A stretch of DNA of 64,000 nt. Origin: an uncultured Bacillota bacterium (lineage in GTDB: Bacteria > Sysuimicrobiota > Sysuimicrobiia > Sysuimicrobiales > Segetimicrobiaceae). Location of the stretch: positions 1 through 64,000 of the forward strand of contig CAWDRG010000004.1 of the NCBI GenBank assembly GCA_963804645.1, in the 5' to 3' direction. The position numbers and the translations under genes are program-made. Shown here in pieces: positions 17,865 to 27,975 of the stretch (positions are counted from its first letter, which is position 1; each line of letters starts with the position of its first letter). Below the pieces are notes generated by a model. That model did no database searches and was not told where the DNA came from. It was given only the letters and a program-made list of their open reading frames with translations.

Positions 17865-18881
17865 TTGCGGCGAGAACTGACCACCCCCATGGAACTCGGC
17901 CAGATCTACGCGCCCGTGCAGGAGGACCTTCTCGCGCTGGACGCGCTGCTGCGCGCGGAGCTCGTCAGCGACGATCCGTTCATCGGGGAGCTGGTCGCGC
18001 ACGTCCTCAGCACGCACGGCAAGATGATTCGTCCGGCCCTCGTGTGCCTGAGCGCCCTCGCCGGCGCGGCGGAGCCGGCCGACCGCCCCCCCGCGCGCCT
18101 CGAGATCTCGGGGGCCGTCGAGCTGATCCACGTCGCCTCGCTCGTGCACGACGACGTCATCGACGTCGCGGATCTGCGCCGCGGGCAGGCGACCGTCAAC
18201 TCGCTGTGGGGGAACCAGGTGGCGGTGCTGCTGGGCGACTATCTGTTCAGCAAGGCGTTTCATCTGCTCGCCCGCCTGCGCGCCGCGGAGCTCGCCGCGG
18301 CGATGGCGTGGGCGACGGTGCGGATGAGTCAGGCCGAAATCAAGCAGATCAAATACGGAAACACGGCGCATACCGACGAGGCGATCTACTTCGACATCAT
18401 CGAGGGGAAGACCGCGCAGCTGATGAGCGCCGCGTGCCGCTGCGGAGCGATGACGGCCGGGGCCGACGCCCGCGCGGTCGAGGCCCTTGCCGCGTTCGGC
18501 TTGGAGTGGGGCATGGCGTTCCAGATCACCGACGACGCGCTCGACGTCACGTCGAGCACCTCCTCGCTCGGCAAGCCGATCGGCAGCGACATTCAAACGG
18601 GCAAGGTGACGCTGCCCGTCATCCACGCGCTGCGGCGCGCGCCCGAGGCCGACCGCCGCCGCCTCGAGACGATGCTGGCGGCGGCGAACGGGGACGCCCG
18701 GGACGGGGATCCCGGAGAGATCCGGGAGATCCTCTCGCGCAGCGGCGCCGTGGAGTACGCGCTCGGGGTCGCCCGCACACGGGCGGCCCGCGCGGCCGCG
18801 GCCCTCGAGCCGCTGCGCGACTCGCCGGCCCGGCGCAGTCTCGGCGCCCTCGTCGAGTTCGTGACCGCGCGCACGAGCTAG
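17865..18881 (+). CDS. Polyprenyl diphosphate synthase (quinone side chain; HepT/IspB-like)
   Basis: GKMIRP, HDDVID..RRG (FARM), GKTA, FQITDDALD (SARM). Confidence 0.93.
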   Translation: MRRELTTPMELGQIYAPVQEDLLALDALLRAELVSDDPFIGELVAHVLSTHGKMIRPALVCLSALAGAAEPADRPPARLEISGAVELIHVASLVHDDVIDVADLRRGQATVNSLWGNQVAVLLGDYLFSKAFHLLARLRAAELAAAMAWATVRMSQAEIKQIKYGNTAHTDEAIYFDIIEGKTAQLMSAACRCGAMTAGADARAVEALAAFGLEWGMAFQITDDALDVTSSTSSLGKPIGSDIQTGKVTLPVIHALRRAPEADRRRLETMLAAANGDARDGDPGEIREILSRSGAVEYALGVARTRAARAAAALEPLRDSPARRSLGALVEFVTARTS

Positions 18882-18890
18882 GCCGCGGCG

Positions 18891-20069
18891 ATGCGCACTC
18901 CGGCGGTGGTGGACGGGCAACGGGGCCCCCGGCCGGCGGAGGCCCCGGGACCGTGGCGGCGCCTTCGGGACGGCCTGTTTCGTCTGGCGGTGCACACGAC
19001 GAGCGCCCATCTCGCGCGGCACGCGGGCGCGATCGTGGCGCGCTGGCACGCGTCGCTGCGGGACGCGGTGCCCCGCTACCGCGACGCCGCCGAGACCTCC
19101 GCGTGGGGCGTCGAGGAGCTGCGGGTGCTGCTGGCGGTGGCCCGCGCGTGGACCGCCGAGGAGCAGGCCGAGGCGCGCGAGGCGGTGTTTCGCACCGCGC
19201 GCGCGGTCGCGGGCGAGCAGCTCCGGGGCGAGTTTTCGCTCGGCGAGATCCAGCAGGCGCTGGCCCTCTTCCGGCTGGCCGTCCTGGGAGAGATCCAGCG
19301 CATGCTCCGCCGGCGCCTCTGGCTCGCGTTCCCGTGGGACGTGATGCGCGTCGCCGACCGCTTGAACGAAGCGATCGACCTGGAGCTGCTGGCGATCGGG
19401 CAGGCGTACCTCGACGAGCGCGCGGAGGTCATCCGGGAGCGGGAGCAGGAACTCGTCGCGGGAAACGAGCAGCTCCGGACCCTGCTTCAGGAGATGCACC
19501 ACCGCATCAAGAACAATCTGCAGACCCTCGCCGACCTGCTCTATCTGGAAGGGCATGACGCCGGCTCGGCCGAGGTCCGCGATCACCTGCGCGACAGCCT
19601 GGCGCGCGTCAAGAGCATCGCCACCGTGCACCGGTTGCTGTCGCTGGATCACATTGGAGAAGCCGACGCGCGGCGCCTCGCCGAGGCGATCGCGGCCACC
19701 GTCTGCGGGGACCTCGGGACGCCTCGGACCCAGGTCGAGGTCCGGGTGGATGGGGCGCCGGTCCTGCTGCCGAGCAAACAGGCCACATCGCTCGCGCTGG
19801 TGCTCGGGGAGCTGATCACGAACGCCATGGAGCATGCGTTCGCCGGGCGCCCCCGGGGTGCGATCGTCGTGACCCTCGACGAGCACGACGGAGAGGTCGG
19901 GCTCGTCGTGCGGGACGACGGGGTGGGGCTCCCGGACGGGCTCGATCCCCAGCGGGTCGACAGTCTCGGGCTGTCGATCGTGCGCACGCTCGTGTCGCGG
20001 GATCTTGGCGGCCGCCTGCGCATGTGGGTCGACGGCGGCACGGTCGCGGAGGTGACGTTTCGCCGATGA
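18891..20069 (+). CDS. Cytoplasmic sensor histidine kinase, HisKA_2 (PdtaS/EutW-like)
   Basis: EMHHRIKNNLQ H-box, ELITNAMEHAF, DDGVGLP, SLGLSIV. Confidence 0.9.
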   Translation: MRTPAVVDGQRGPRPAEAPGPWRRLRDGLFRLAVHTTSAHLARHAGAIVARWHASLRDAVPRYRDAAETSAWGVEELRVLLAVARAWTAEEQAEAREAVFRTARAVAGEQLRGEFSLGEIQQALALFRLAVLGEIQRMLRRRLWLAFPWDVMRVADRLNEAIDLELLAIGQAYLDERAEVIREREQELVAGNEQLRTLLQEMHHRIKNNLQTLADLLYLEGHDAGSAEVRDHLRDSLARVKSIATVHRLLSLDHIGEADARRLAEAIAATVCGDLGTPRTQVEVRVDGAPVLLPSKQATSLALVLGELITNAMEHAFAGRPRGAIVVTLDEHDGEVGLVVRDDGVGLPDGLDPQRVDSLGLSIVRTLVSRDLGGRLRMWVDGGTVAEVTFRR

Positions 20070-20647
20070 CGGATCCGGCGCGCATCCTGATCGCCGATGA
20101 CGAGGCGATCCGCCTGATGACGCTCAAGCGGCAGCTCGCCGCGTTGGGGATGGACGTTGTGGCCGAGGCGACCACGGGGCGCGAGGCCGTGGCGCTCGCG
20201 CGCGACACCGCGCCGGATCTCGCGATCCTCGATATCAAGATGGCGGAGCTGGACGGCATCGAGGCGGCGCGGGCGATCACGCGCGAGCGGCCGATCCCGA
20301 TCATCCTGCTGACGGCGTATTCCGATCAGGGCCTGATCGAGCGGGCCGCGGCCGCCGGCGTGTTCGCCTATCTCGTGAAGCCGGTCGGCGAGGAGGATCT
20401 TCTGCCCGCGATCTTGACCGCCCGGACGCGGTTCCGGGAGTTCCACGCGCTGCGCGGCGAGGTGGCGTCGCTCGGCGACGCCCTCGAGGCGCGCAAGGTG
20501 ATCGAGCGCGCGAAGGGGATGTTGATGGATCGGTTTCGCCTGAGCGAAGCCGAGGCGTTTCGCCGCATGCAGATCCAGAGCCAGCGTGAGAACAAGCGCC
20601 TCGTCGAGATCGCCCGGGCGCTGCTCGCGGCGCCTCCGACGCCCTGA
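20066..20647 (+). CDS. ANTAR-domain response regulator (PdtaR/EutV-like)
   Basis: REC domain (ADDE, LDIKM, YLVKP) plus RKVIERAKGMLM..SEAEAFRRMQ. Confidence 0.93.
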   Translation: MTDPARILIADDEAIRLMTLKRQLAALGMDVVAEATTGREAVALARDTAPDLAILDIKMAELDGIEAARAITRERPIPIILLTAYSDQGLIERAAAAGVFAYLVKPVGEEDLLPAILTARTRFREFHALRGEVASLGDALEARKVIERAKGMLMDRFRLSEAEAFRRMQIQSQRENKRLVEIARALLAAPPTP

Positions 20648-20650
20648 ACC

Positions 20651-20684
20651 CACGTCCCCGCCGGGGCGCTCCGGCGGGGACGTG
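20651..20684. terminator. GC-rich hairpin after the ANTAR gene
   Basis: Perfect 14-bp stem CACGTCCCCGCCGG/CCGGCGGGGACGTG, 6-nt loop, no U tract. Confidence 0.55.
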
Positions 20685-20950
20685 CATGCCGGGGTCCATC
20701 GGGGACCGTCCGCGCCCATCCCCGGGAATCCCCGATCTGGTCAACGACCCGGACCGGTGCGTTGTTGCCCTCGATCGCGTGCACGTGAACAATTGGCGCG
20801 AAGGAGACGTCAACCAGGGTATGCGGTGGCGTCAGGCGTTCCCTGCGCCCGGGGTGCGGTCCGGGGACGGGCGTCGGCGCGGCCCGCTGGAACGAAGCCC
20901 CCCGCCCGCGTCGCTTCCCCGATGGTGTATAATCAGCGCGGAGGTGCGTG

Positions 20951-21133
20951 ATGACCGCAAAATTTTGGGAGCTGATCATTGTACTCGTGATCGTCATCCT
21001 GCTGTTTGGGCCGAGCCGGCTCGCCGGGCTGGGTGGAGCGGTAGGGAAGGCCATGAAGGACTTCAAGGACGCCACCAAGTCCGAGGATTCGGCGTCCACG
21101 CCCTCCGATAAGGGCACGGGGCAGAAGAGCTGA
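20951..21133 (+). CDS. tatA: Twin-arginine translocase TatA/E
   Basis: ELIIVLVIVILLFGPSRL..LGGAVGKAMKDFK; TATAAT at 20928-20933 and GGAGG RBS. Confidence 0.92.
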   Translation: MTAKFWELIIVLVIVILLFGPSRLAGLGGAVGKAMKDFKDATKSEDSASTPSDKGTGQKS

Positions 21134-21279
21134 CCGTCGAGGCGGGACGCGTTCCAACGCGGCGTCGAAGGGACCCTCGGCGCGGAGGCGTCGAAGCCGG
21201 GGAGCAGTCGCTGGCTGCTCCTCGGTTCGTTTGTGCGCCGGCCGCGGGCCCCGGACGCTCGGCGACGAGGGGGTGAGCG

Positions 21280-21549
21280 GTGGCACGCGTGGCCAAGCGC
21301 ACGCGCGAGCCGTGGTGGCTGCTGGTGGTGATCGTGATCGCGGGGGCGATGCTGGGCAGCGTCTTCGCGGATGCGGTCGGCCAATTCACCTACCTCGCGC
21401 CGCTTGGGCACTCCGTGGCGTTCGGCGTCGATCCGCCGATCACGCTGGATCTGCGCGTGCTGACGCTGACGCTTGGGTTCACGATTCGGTTGAACCTGGC
21501 GATTGTAGCTGGTATAATCGCCGCGGTCTTCCTGTTCCGCGTGTTGTGA
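21280..21549 (+). CDS. DUF4321-like membrane protein
   Basis: TLDLRVLTLTLGFTIRLNLAIVAGII pattern; usual position upstream of radC/mreB. Confidence 0.7.
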   Translation: MARVAKRTREPWWLLVVIVIAGAMLGSVFADAVGQFTYLAPLGHSVAFGVDPPITLDLRVLTLTLGFTIRLNLAIVAGIIAAVFLFRVL

Positions 21550-21695
21550 CCGTGCGGCGGGAGGATGCGAGGGGTGGGGACGGCGCGGCCGCGGCCGGCG
21601 CCGACCTTGCCCCATTCCTGTTGTCTGGAGGCCGTTCGCGCGCCGCGCGGCATGCGCGCGGAGCGGCCGGGCCCGCAGGGGCCCCGGGTGCGTCG

Positions 21696-22412
21696 GTGGA
21701 CGAGCAGCGGCGTCGGATGCGAGACCTGCCCGCGGAGATCCGTCCGCGCGAGCGCTTCCTGCAGCAGGGTCCCTCCGCGCTCAGCAGCGCGGAGCTCGTG
21801 GCGCTCCTGCTGCGCACGGGGGCGCGGGAGCGGACGGCCCTGGAGGTCGCGACCGAGCTGCTGGGGAAGCACGGAACGCTTGACCGGCTTGCGACCGCGA
21901 CCCCGACGGAACTGAGCCAGACGCGCGGCGTCGGTGAAGTGAAGGCGCTGCACCTCCTCGCCGCGTTTGAGCTCGGGCGCCGGCTCCGGACGCTGCCGCC
22001 GCGGACGCGGCCCGTGATCCGTCGGCCCGCCGACGCGGCGGCGCTCGTCGTGGATGCGCTGCGGTTCTGCGAGACCGAGCGGTTCTGGGTGCTGCTGCTC
22101 AATACGCGGCACGAGGTGGTCGACCGCATCGAGCTCACGCGCGGAGGTTTGGCCAGCGCTCCGGTGCACCCGCGGGACGTGTTTCGGGCCGCCGTGCGCG
22201 GGGGCGCTGCCGCGGTGATTTTGGTGCATAATCATCCGTCGGGGGATCCGTCCCCCAGTCGGACGGACGCGGCGCTGACGCGCCGGCTTGACCGTGCCGG
22301 CCGGGTGATGGGGATCCCGGTGCTCGATCATCTGATTGTAGGAGACGGACGGTATGTCAGCCTGAGGGAGCGCGGCGTCGCGTTTGACGCCGCCCCTGAG
22401 GACGCGCCGTGA
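21696..22412 (+). CDS. radC: RadC family JAB-domain protein
   Basis: [44 protein letters not shown]. Confidence 0.93.
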   Translation: MDEQRRRMRDLPAEIRPRERFLQQGPSALSSAELVALLLRTGARERTALEVATELLGKHGTLDRLATATPTELSQTRGVGEVKALHLLAAFELGRRLRTLPPRTRPVIRRPADAAALVVDALRFCETERFWVLLLNTRHEVVDRIELTRGGLASAPVHPRDVFRAAVRGGAAAVILVHNHPSGDPSPSRTDAALTRRLDRAGRVMGIPVLDHLIVGDGRYVSLRERGVAFDAAPEDAP

Positions 22413-22446
22413 CGAGGCCCGGGTGGGCGCGAGGGGAGCGTCAGGG

Positions 22447-23481
22447 ATGATCTTCGATGGGCTGTTCAGCCGGTTCACCCGGGACATGGGTGTGGATCTC
22501 GGCACCGCCAACACGCTCGTCTACGTGCGGCGTGAGGGGATTGTGCTGAGAGAGCCCTCCGTCGTCGCGAAGCGGGTGGACGGCGGCGAGATACTGGCGG
22601 TCGGCAACGAGGCGAAGCGGATGATCGGCCGGACGCCCGGCGACATCATTGCCACCCGTCCGCTGCGGGACGGGGTCATCGCCGATTTCGACACCACCGC
22701 CTCGATGCTCTCGTACTTCATCAAGCGGGGGCTTCGCGGGCGCAGCCTGATGCGGCCCCGCGTGATCGTCGGGATTCCGAGCGGGGTCACGGAGGTCGAA
22801 AAGCGTGCCGTCGTCGACGCGACGCTCCACGCCGGCGCGCGCGAAGCGTATCTCATTGAGGAGCCGATGGCGGCGGCGATCGGCGCCGGGCTGCCGGTGT
22901 CCGAGCCGGTCGGCAGCATGGTCGTCGACATCGGCGGCGGCACCACGGAAGTCGCCGTCATCGCGCTCGGCGGCATCGTCTGCGCGCGCAGCATCCGGGT
23001 GGCCGGGGACGAGATGGACGAGTCGATCATCCAGTACTCGCGCAAGGCGTACAACCTGTTGATCGGCGAGCGCACCGCGGAGGAGATCAAGATCAAGGTC
23101 GGGTCGGCGTACCCTCTGAAGGAGGAACAGTCGATCGAGGTGCGGGGGCGCGATCTCGTGTCCGGGCTGCCGCGCACCGTGCGGATGACCAGCACGGAGA
23201 TCCGGGAGGCGATGGCCGAGCCGATCGCGTCGATCGTGGAGGCGGTGAAGATGACGCTCGAGCGGACGCCGCCGGAGCTCGCGGCCGACATCGTCGACCG
23301 GGGCATCGTCATGGCGGGCGGCGGGGCGCTCCTGCGCGGGCTCGATCGCCTGCTCGGCGAGGAGACCGGGATGCCGGTGATGATCACGGACGATCCCCTC
23401 AGCAGCGTGGTGCTGGGCACCGGCCGGGCGCTCGAGGAGATCGAGACGCTCAAGAAAGTCCTGATCACGAGCAAGCGGTAG
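22447..23481 (+). CDS. mreB: Rod shape-determining protein MreB
   Basis: [29 protein letters not shown]. Confidence 0.98.
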   Translation: MIFDGLFSRFTRDMGVDLGTANTLVYVRREGIVLREPSVVAKRVDGGEILAVGNEAKRMIGRTPGDIIATRPLRDGVIADFDTTASMLSYFIKRGLRGRSLMRPRVIVGIPSGVTEVEKRAVVDATLHAGAREAYLIEEPMAAAIGAGLPVSEPVGSMVVDIGGGTTEVAVIALGGIVCARSIRVAGDEMDESIIQYSRKAYNLLIGERTAEEIKIKVGSAYPLKEEQSIEVRGRDLVSGLPRTVRMTSTEIREAMAEPIASIVEAVKMTLERTPPELAADIVDRGIVMAGGGALLRGLDRLLGEETGMPVMITDDPLSSVVLGTGRALEEIETLKKVLITSKR

Positions 23482-23492
23482 ATGTAGGGCCC

Positions 23493-24335
23493 GTGCCGTC
23501 GAATTCACTGCTCCGGCGCCGGCGGGTCGCGCTCTTCCTGGTGCTGTGTGTGGTCGCGCTCGCCGTCTTGACCGCGCAGCTCCGGGCGCCCGACCAGCGA
23601 CGCCTCGGGTGGGCGGGGCTCGCGGTCGAAATCGTGCTCGCCCCGATCACGGACGCGGCGGCGTACGTCGGCAACACCCTGGGGGGCGCGTGGTCGGCGC
23701 TGCACGAGATCGGGAGCCTGCGCACGGAGAACGCGCGGCTGGCCGCCGAGGTCGCCGCGCTGCGGCAGGAGAACGCCGGGCTGCGGCCGGCGGCGCAGGA
23801 GAACAACCGCCTTCGGGCGCTCCTCGGGTTCAAGCAGCAGCAGCCGTTCGCGACCGTCGCCGCCGCGGTCATCGGCCGGGATCCGAGCCAGTGGTTCAGT
23901 TCCGTGCTGGTCGATCGGGGCAGCCGGGCCGGGGTGCGCCGGAATGACCCGGCCGTCACCGCGGACGGCCTCGTGGGCCACGTGATTGAGGTCGGGCCGG
24001 GGTGGTCGCGGGTCCTCTTGCTGCTCGATCCGCGGAGCGCGGTCGGGATCGTCGTCACGAGGTCGCGCGAGCCCGGCGTGGCCGAGGGACAGGGCCAGCC
24101 GGCCCTGCGCATCCGGTATCTCGCTCGGGACGCCGACGTCCAGCCCGGTGATCAGATCGTGACGTCCGGGCTTGGGGAGATCTTTCCGAAAAACCTCGTC
24201 GTGGGCACGGTGCTGGGGGTGAGCCGGGGCGCCGGCGACATGTTCCAGGAAGCGGTGGTCCGCCCGTCCGCGGACCTCTTCCACCTCGAAGAACTCCTGA
24301 TCATCGTCCGGGGCGACCTCCCCACGGCGCAATGA
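23493..24335 (+). CDS. mreC: Rod shape-determining protein MreC
   Basis: TM, coiled coil ENNRLRALL, VTSGLG..FP; follows mreB. Confidence 0.93.
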   Translation: MPSNSLLRRRRVALFLVLCVVALAVLTAQLRAPDQRRLGWAGLAVEIVLAPITDAAAYVGNTLGGAWSALHEIGSLRTENARLAAEVAALRQENAGLRPAAQENNRLRALLGFKQQQPFATVAAAVIGRDPSQWFSSVLVDRGSRAGVRRNDPAVTADGLVGHVIEVGPGWSRVLLLLDPRSAVGIVVTRSREPGVAEGQGQPALRIRYLARDADVQPGDQIVTSGLGEIFPKNLVVGTVLGVSRGAGDMFQEAVVRPSADLFHLEELLIIVRGDLPTAQ

Positions 24336-24838
24336 TTCGCGCCGGCGTGTACGTCGCGCTGACGGCGGTCGCCGCGGTGGTGCAGGTGACCTGGTTGTCG
24401 GGGTTTCACCCGGGCGGCGGCGGCGTGGATCTGCTGCTGCTGGTGGTGATGTCGGTCGGGCTCCTGCACGGTCCCGAGGAGGGCACCTTGATCGGGGCGG
24501 GGGGCGGCCTGCTGCAGGACGTGGTGAACGGCGTGCCGATCGGGCTCGGCCTCGGCGCCAACCTCTGCGCGGGGTTCTGCGCGGGCATCGGCGAGGGGCG
24601 GCTGTACCTCGAGGATATCTGGCTGCCGGCCCTCGCGGGGTTCGCCCTGACCCTGGTGCGGAATGCGGTGTGGATCGGCATCGGCCATCTCGCGGGTGTC
24701 GTCAGCGTCGCGCCCCTCGCCGTCGCGCGGGTGGTCGTGCTGTCGGCGTGCTATAATGGCGTGGTTGCGATGCCGGTGTTCTACTGGTTCCGCCGGATGG
24801 ACCGGGCGTTGGAACGGACGTTCACGCGCGCCCGCTAG
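24332..24838 (+). CDS. mreD: Rod shape-determining protein MreD
   Basis: Hydrophobic, GLLQD motif, follows mreC. Confidence 0.88.
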   Translation: MIRAGVYVALTAVAAVVQVTWLSGFHPGGGGVDLLLLVVMSVGLLHGPEEGTLIGAGGGLLQDVVNGVPIGLGLGANLCAGFCAGIGEGRLYLEDIWLPALAGFALTLVRNAVWIGIGHLAGVVSVAPLAVARVVVLSACYNGVVAMPVFYWFRRMDRALERTFTRAR

Positions 24839-25019
24839 CCGACCGGTGGACGCGAGCCGCCTTCTTCTGACGTTGAAACGCCGCGTGGTGTTGTGTCCTG
24901 TGCCGGGGACGCCGCGGACCGTCCGGGCCTTCGCCCGGCGGCACGCGCCGGTGGGTCCTCCAGCCGCCCCGAACCTCGAGGGCACCAGGTGGTGGTGCGT
25001 CCTCCGGAGGGGCGGATAG

Positions 25020-26798
25020 ATGGACCGCGATCGGTTCGAGTATCGTCTCGCGGTGATCTTCGGCGTCGTGGTGACGCTGTTCGCGGTCCTCGCGATCCGT
25101 CTCTGGCAGGTACAGATCGTCCAGGGTGACTACTTCGCCAGGCTGGCGGAGGAGAATCGTCTCCGGGTGACCCCGCTGTCCGCGCCCCGCGGCGTGATCG
25201 TCGACCGCGCCGGGCGCCCGCTCGTCGAGAACCGTCCCTCCTTCACGGTGGCCGTGCTGCCGCTTGAGTTCACGCAGCCCGCGCGAGAGATCCCCGTGCT
25301 GGCCAGCCTGCTGACGATGGATCCGGACGAGGTGGCCCGGCGGGTCGCCTCGGGTCGGGACATGCCGTTCGCGCCGGTTCGGCTGCGCCGGGACGTGCCC
25401 GAGACGACCGTGGCCGCCGTCGAGGAAAGCCGGATGGACCTGCCCGGCGTCTTCGTCCAGGTGGAGCCGGTGCGATACTACCCGTACCACGAGCTCGCGG
25501 CGCACCTGATCGGGTATCTCGGCGAGGCGAGCGACGCGGACATTCGGGAGTCCCGCGCGGCGGGATACCAACCGGGCGAGCTGATCGGCAAGGACGGGAT
25601 CGAGCGAGAGTACGACCGTGATCTGCGCGGTCGCGACGGCGAGATCCAGGCGGAGGTCGACGCCCTGGGGCGGCCGTCCAGAACGCTCCGGACAATTCCC
25701 GCGGTTCCCGGCAATACGCTCGTCCTCGGGCTCGATCTCCCCGCCCAGCAGGCCGCGGAAGCAGCCCTCGGCGACCGCGTCGGCATCGTGATCGCGCTGG
25801 ACCCGGCGACCGGGGCGATCCGGGCGTTCGCGAGCCACCCGACGTTCGACCCGAACGCGTTCGCGACCGGGATTCCCGTCGCCGCGTGGAACGCGCTGCT
25901 GCACGATCCCCGCCAGCCGCTCATCGACCGGGTGATCCAGGCCGCCTACCCGACGGGGTCCGTGTTCAAGATCGTCACGGCATCGGCGGCCCTCGATCTC
26001 GGCATCGTGAATCGGGACTCCGGATTCTACGATCCCGGCTACTTCGACTACGCGGGCCGGCGCTACCACGACAACAACAACGAATCGTTCGGCTCGCTCA
26101 ACTTTCTGACGGCCCTCGCGGTGTCGTCGAACGTCGTCTTCTGGACGATCTCCCAGCCGGTGGGGGCGGACCACCTCTCCGAGTACGCGCACCGGTACGG
26201 GCTCGGTGCGCGCACGGGCGTCGATCTGCCGAACGAGATCCCCGGCGTGATTCCCAGCCCCGCGTGGAAGCGCCGCGCCCTCGGACAGCCGTGGTACGGC
26301 GGCGACACGCTCAACATGGCGATCGGGCAGGGGTACGTGCTGGTGCCGCCGATTCAGGCGGCGCGGATGCTCGCCGCGGTGGCCAACGGCGGCGCGGTGG
26401 TCACCCCGCACGCGGTCGTGGAGGTGCGCTCGCCCACCGGGCAGCTCGTGCGGTCGATCGATCCCCCCGCGGTCGGCGAGGTGCGTCTCCGGCCCGAGAC
26501 CCTCGCCACGATTCGCGAAGGGCTCGCCGCGGTGGTGAGCCGGGGGACGGCGTCCTCGATCCAGATCCCGGGGCTCGCGGTCGCCGGCAAGACCGGGACC
26601 GCCGACAGCTCGCACGGCAAGCCCTACGCGTGGTTCGCCGGGTACGCGCCGGCGGCCGCCCCGACCCTGGTCGTCGTGGCGATGGTCGAGAACGCCGGCT
26701 ACGGCGCCGAGTTTGCCGGACCGATTGTGCAGCGCGTGTTCGAGGCGGCGTTCGGCCTGCCCCTGACCCCACTGCCCTCGGACGCGCCCAAGCCGTGA
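25020..26798 (+). CDS. mrdA: Penicillin-binding protein 2
   Basis: APRG.I.DR, GSVFK (SxxK), SSN (SxN), GKTGTA. Confidence 0.95.
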   Translation: MDRDRFEYRLAVIFGVVVTLFAVLAIRLWQVQIVQGDYFARLAEENRLRVTPLSAPRGVIVDRAGRPLVENRPSFTVAVLPLEFTQPAREIPVLASLLTMDPDEVARRVASGRDMPFAPVRLRRDVPETTVAAVEESRMDLPGVFVQVEPVRYYPYHELAAHLIGYLGEASDADIRESRAAGYQPGELIGKDGIEREYDRDLRGRDGEIQAEVDALGRPSRTLRTIPAVPGNTLVLGLDLPAQQAAEAALGDRVGIVIALDPATGAIRAFASHPTFDPNAFATGIPVAAWNALLHDPRQPLIDRVIQAAYPTGSVFKIVTASAALDLGIVNRDSGFYDPGYFDYAGRRYHDNNNESFGSLNFLTALAVSSNVVFWTISQPVGADHLSEYAHRYGLGARTGVDLPNEIPGVIPSPAWKRRALGQPWYGGDTLNMAIGQGYVLVPPIQAARMLAAVANGGAVVTPHAVVEVRSPTGQLVRSIDPPAVGEVRLRPETLATIREGLAAVVSRGTASSIQIPGLAVAGKTGTADSSHGKPYAWFAGYAPAAAPTLVVVAMVENAGYGAEFAGPIVQRVFEAAFGLPLTPLPSDAPKP

Positions 26799-27946
26799 AC
26801 GCCGTCGCCGCCGCGGGGCACGCGGCCGCCGTCAGTGCTCCGGACGCGAGGGCCCGGCGTCTCGTCCGCTATCTCGACCCGCTGCTGATCGGCTCCACGG
26901 TGGGGCTCGTCGTCTTTGGGCTGGTCATGGTGTACAGCACCACGCGCTCCGGCCCGCACCCGCTCGCGTTCGTCGAGAGCCAGCTCCTGCATCTCGCCGC
27001 CGGCCTCGTGATCGGCGTGGTGCTGCTCGCGGTCGACTACCGGGCGATCGCCGCGTCGTCCCGGTGGCTCTACGCGGTGAACATCATGCTGCTCGCCGCG
27101 GTGCTCGTCCTTGGACGTACGAGCCTCGGGGCGCAGCGGTGGATCGCCCTCGGACCGCTCGGGGAGTTCCAGCCGTCCGAGTTCGCGAAGCTCGCGATCG
27201 TCATCACCCTCGCGAAGCATCTCGCCGACCGGCCGGGGCCGTACACCTCGATCCGGGATCTCTTGCCGTTCCTCGGGCACATCGCCGTCCCGATGCTCCT
27301 CATCTTCAGGCAGCCGGACCTCGGAACGGCGCTCGTGTACGGGGCGATCTTCGTCGGCATGCTGTACGCTGGGGGCGCGCGCCGCCGGGATCTCGCGCTG
27401 CTCGCCGCCGCGGCGCTCGCACTCGCGCCGCTCCTGTGGCACCTCCTCAAGGAGTACCAGCGGCGGCGCCTGCTGGTATTTCTGGATCCGTCGCTCGATC
27501 CGCTCGGCTCGGGGTACGGAATTTTACAGTCGAAGATTGCGATCGGCAGCGGGCTGTTTTGGGGCAAGGGCCTGTTCGCCGGGCCGCAGAACATCCTGCA
27601 GTTCGTGCCTGAGAACCACACCGACTTCATCTTTTCGGTCGTCGGCGAGGAGTTGGGGTTCGTCGGCGCGCTCCTCCTGCTCGCCCTGTTTCTCTTGTGG
27701 GTGTGGCGGGGCGCGCGCATCGCGTCCGCCGCGCGCGACCGGTTCGGCGCGCTGGCGGCGGTCGGGGTCGTGTCGATGGTCGCGTTCCATGTGTTCGTCA
27801 ACGTGGGGATGACGGTGGGGATCATGCCCATCACCGGCATCCCGCTGCCGTTCATCAGCTACGGCGGCAGCGCCCTCATGACGATGTTGTGGGCGACGGC
27901 GCTCATCCTGAACATCGGCATGCGCCGTCAGAAAATCTTGTTCTGA
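26795..27946 (+). CDS. rodA: Rod shape-determining protein RodA (SEDS)
   Basis: GAQRWI, QPSEFAK, QPDLGT, PENHTDFIF, PFISYGGS. Confidence 0.95.
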   Translation: MNAVAAAGHAAAVSAPDARARRLVRYLDPLLIGSTVGLVVFGLVMVYSTTRSGPHPLAFVESQLLHLAAGLVIGVVLLAVDYRAIAASSRWLYAVNIMLLAAVLVLGRTSLGAQRWIALGPLGEFQPSEFAKLAIVITLAKHLADRPGPYTSIRDLLPFLGHIAVPMLLIFRQPDLGTALVYGAIFVGMLYAGGARRRDLALLAAAALALAPLLWHLLKEYQRRRLLVFLDPSLDPLGSGYGILQSKIAIGSGLFWGKGLFAGPQNILQFVPENHTDFIFSVVGEELGFVGALLLLALFLLWVWRGARIASAARDRFGALAAVGVVSMVAFHVFVNVGMTVGIMPITGIPLPFISYGGSALMTMLWATALILNIGMRRQKILF

Positions 27947-27975
27947 GCGGAGTCCCGCAAAGGAGCACGCAGCGT

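Noticed and set aside
2723..20950. ANTAR-binding dual-hairpin target in the respiratory locus leaders
   Set aside because: By eye I found no pair of hairpins with the 6-nt A..G loop consensus; a covariance-model search is needed
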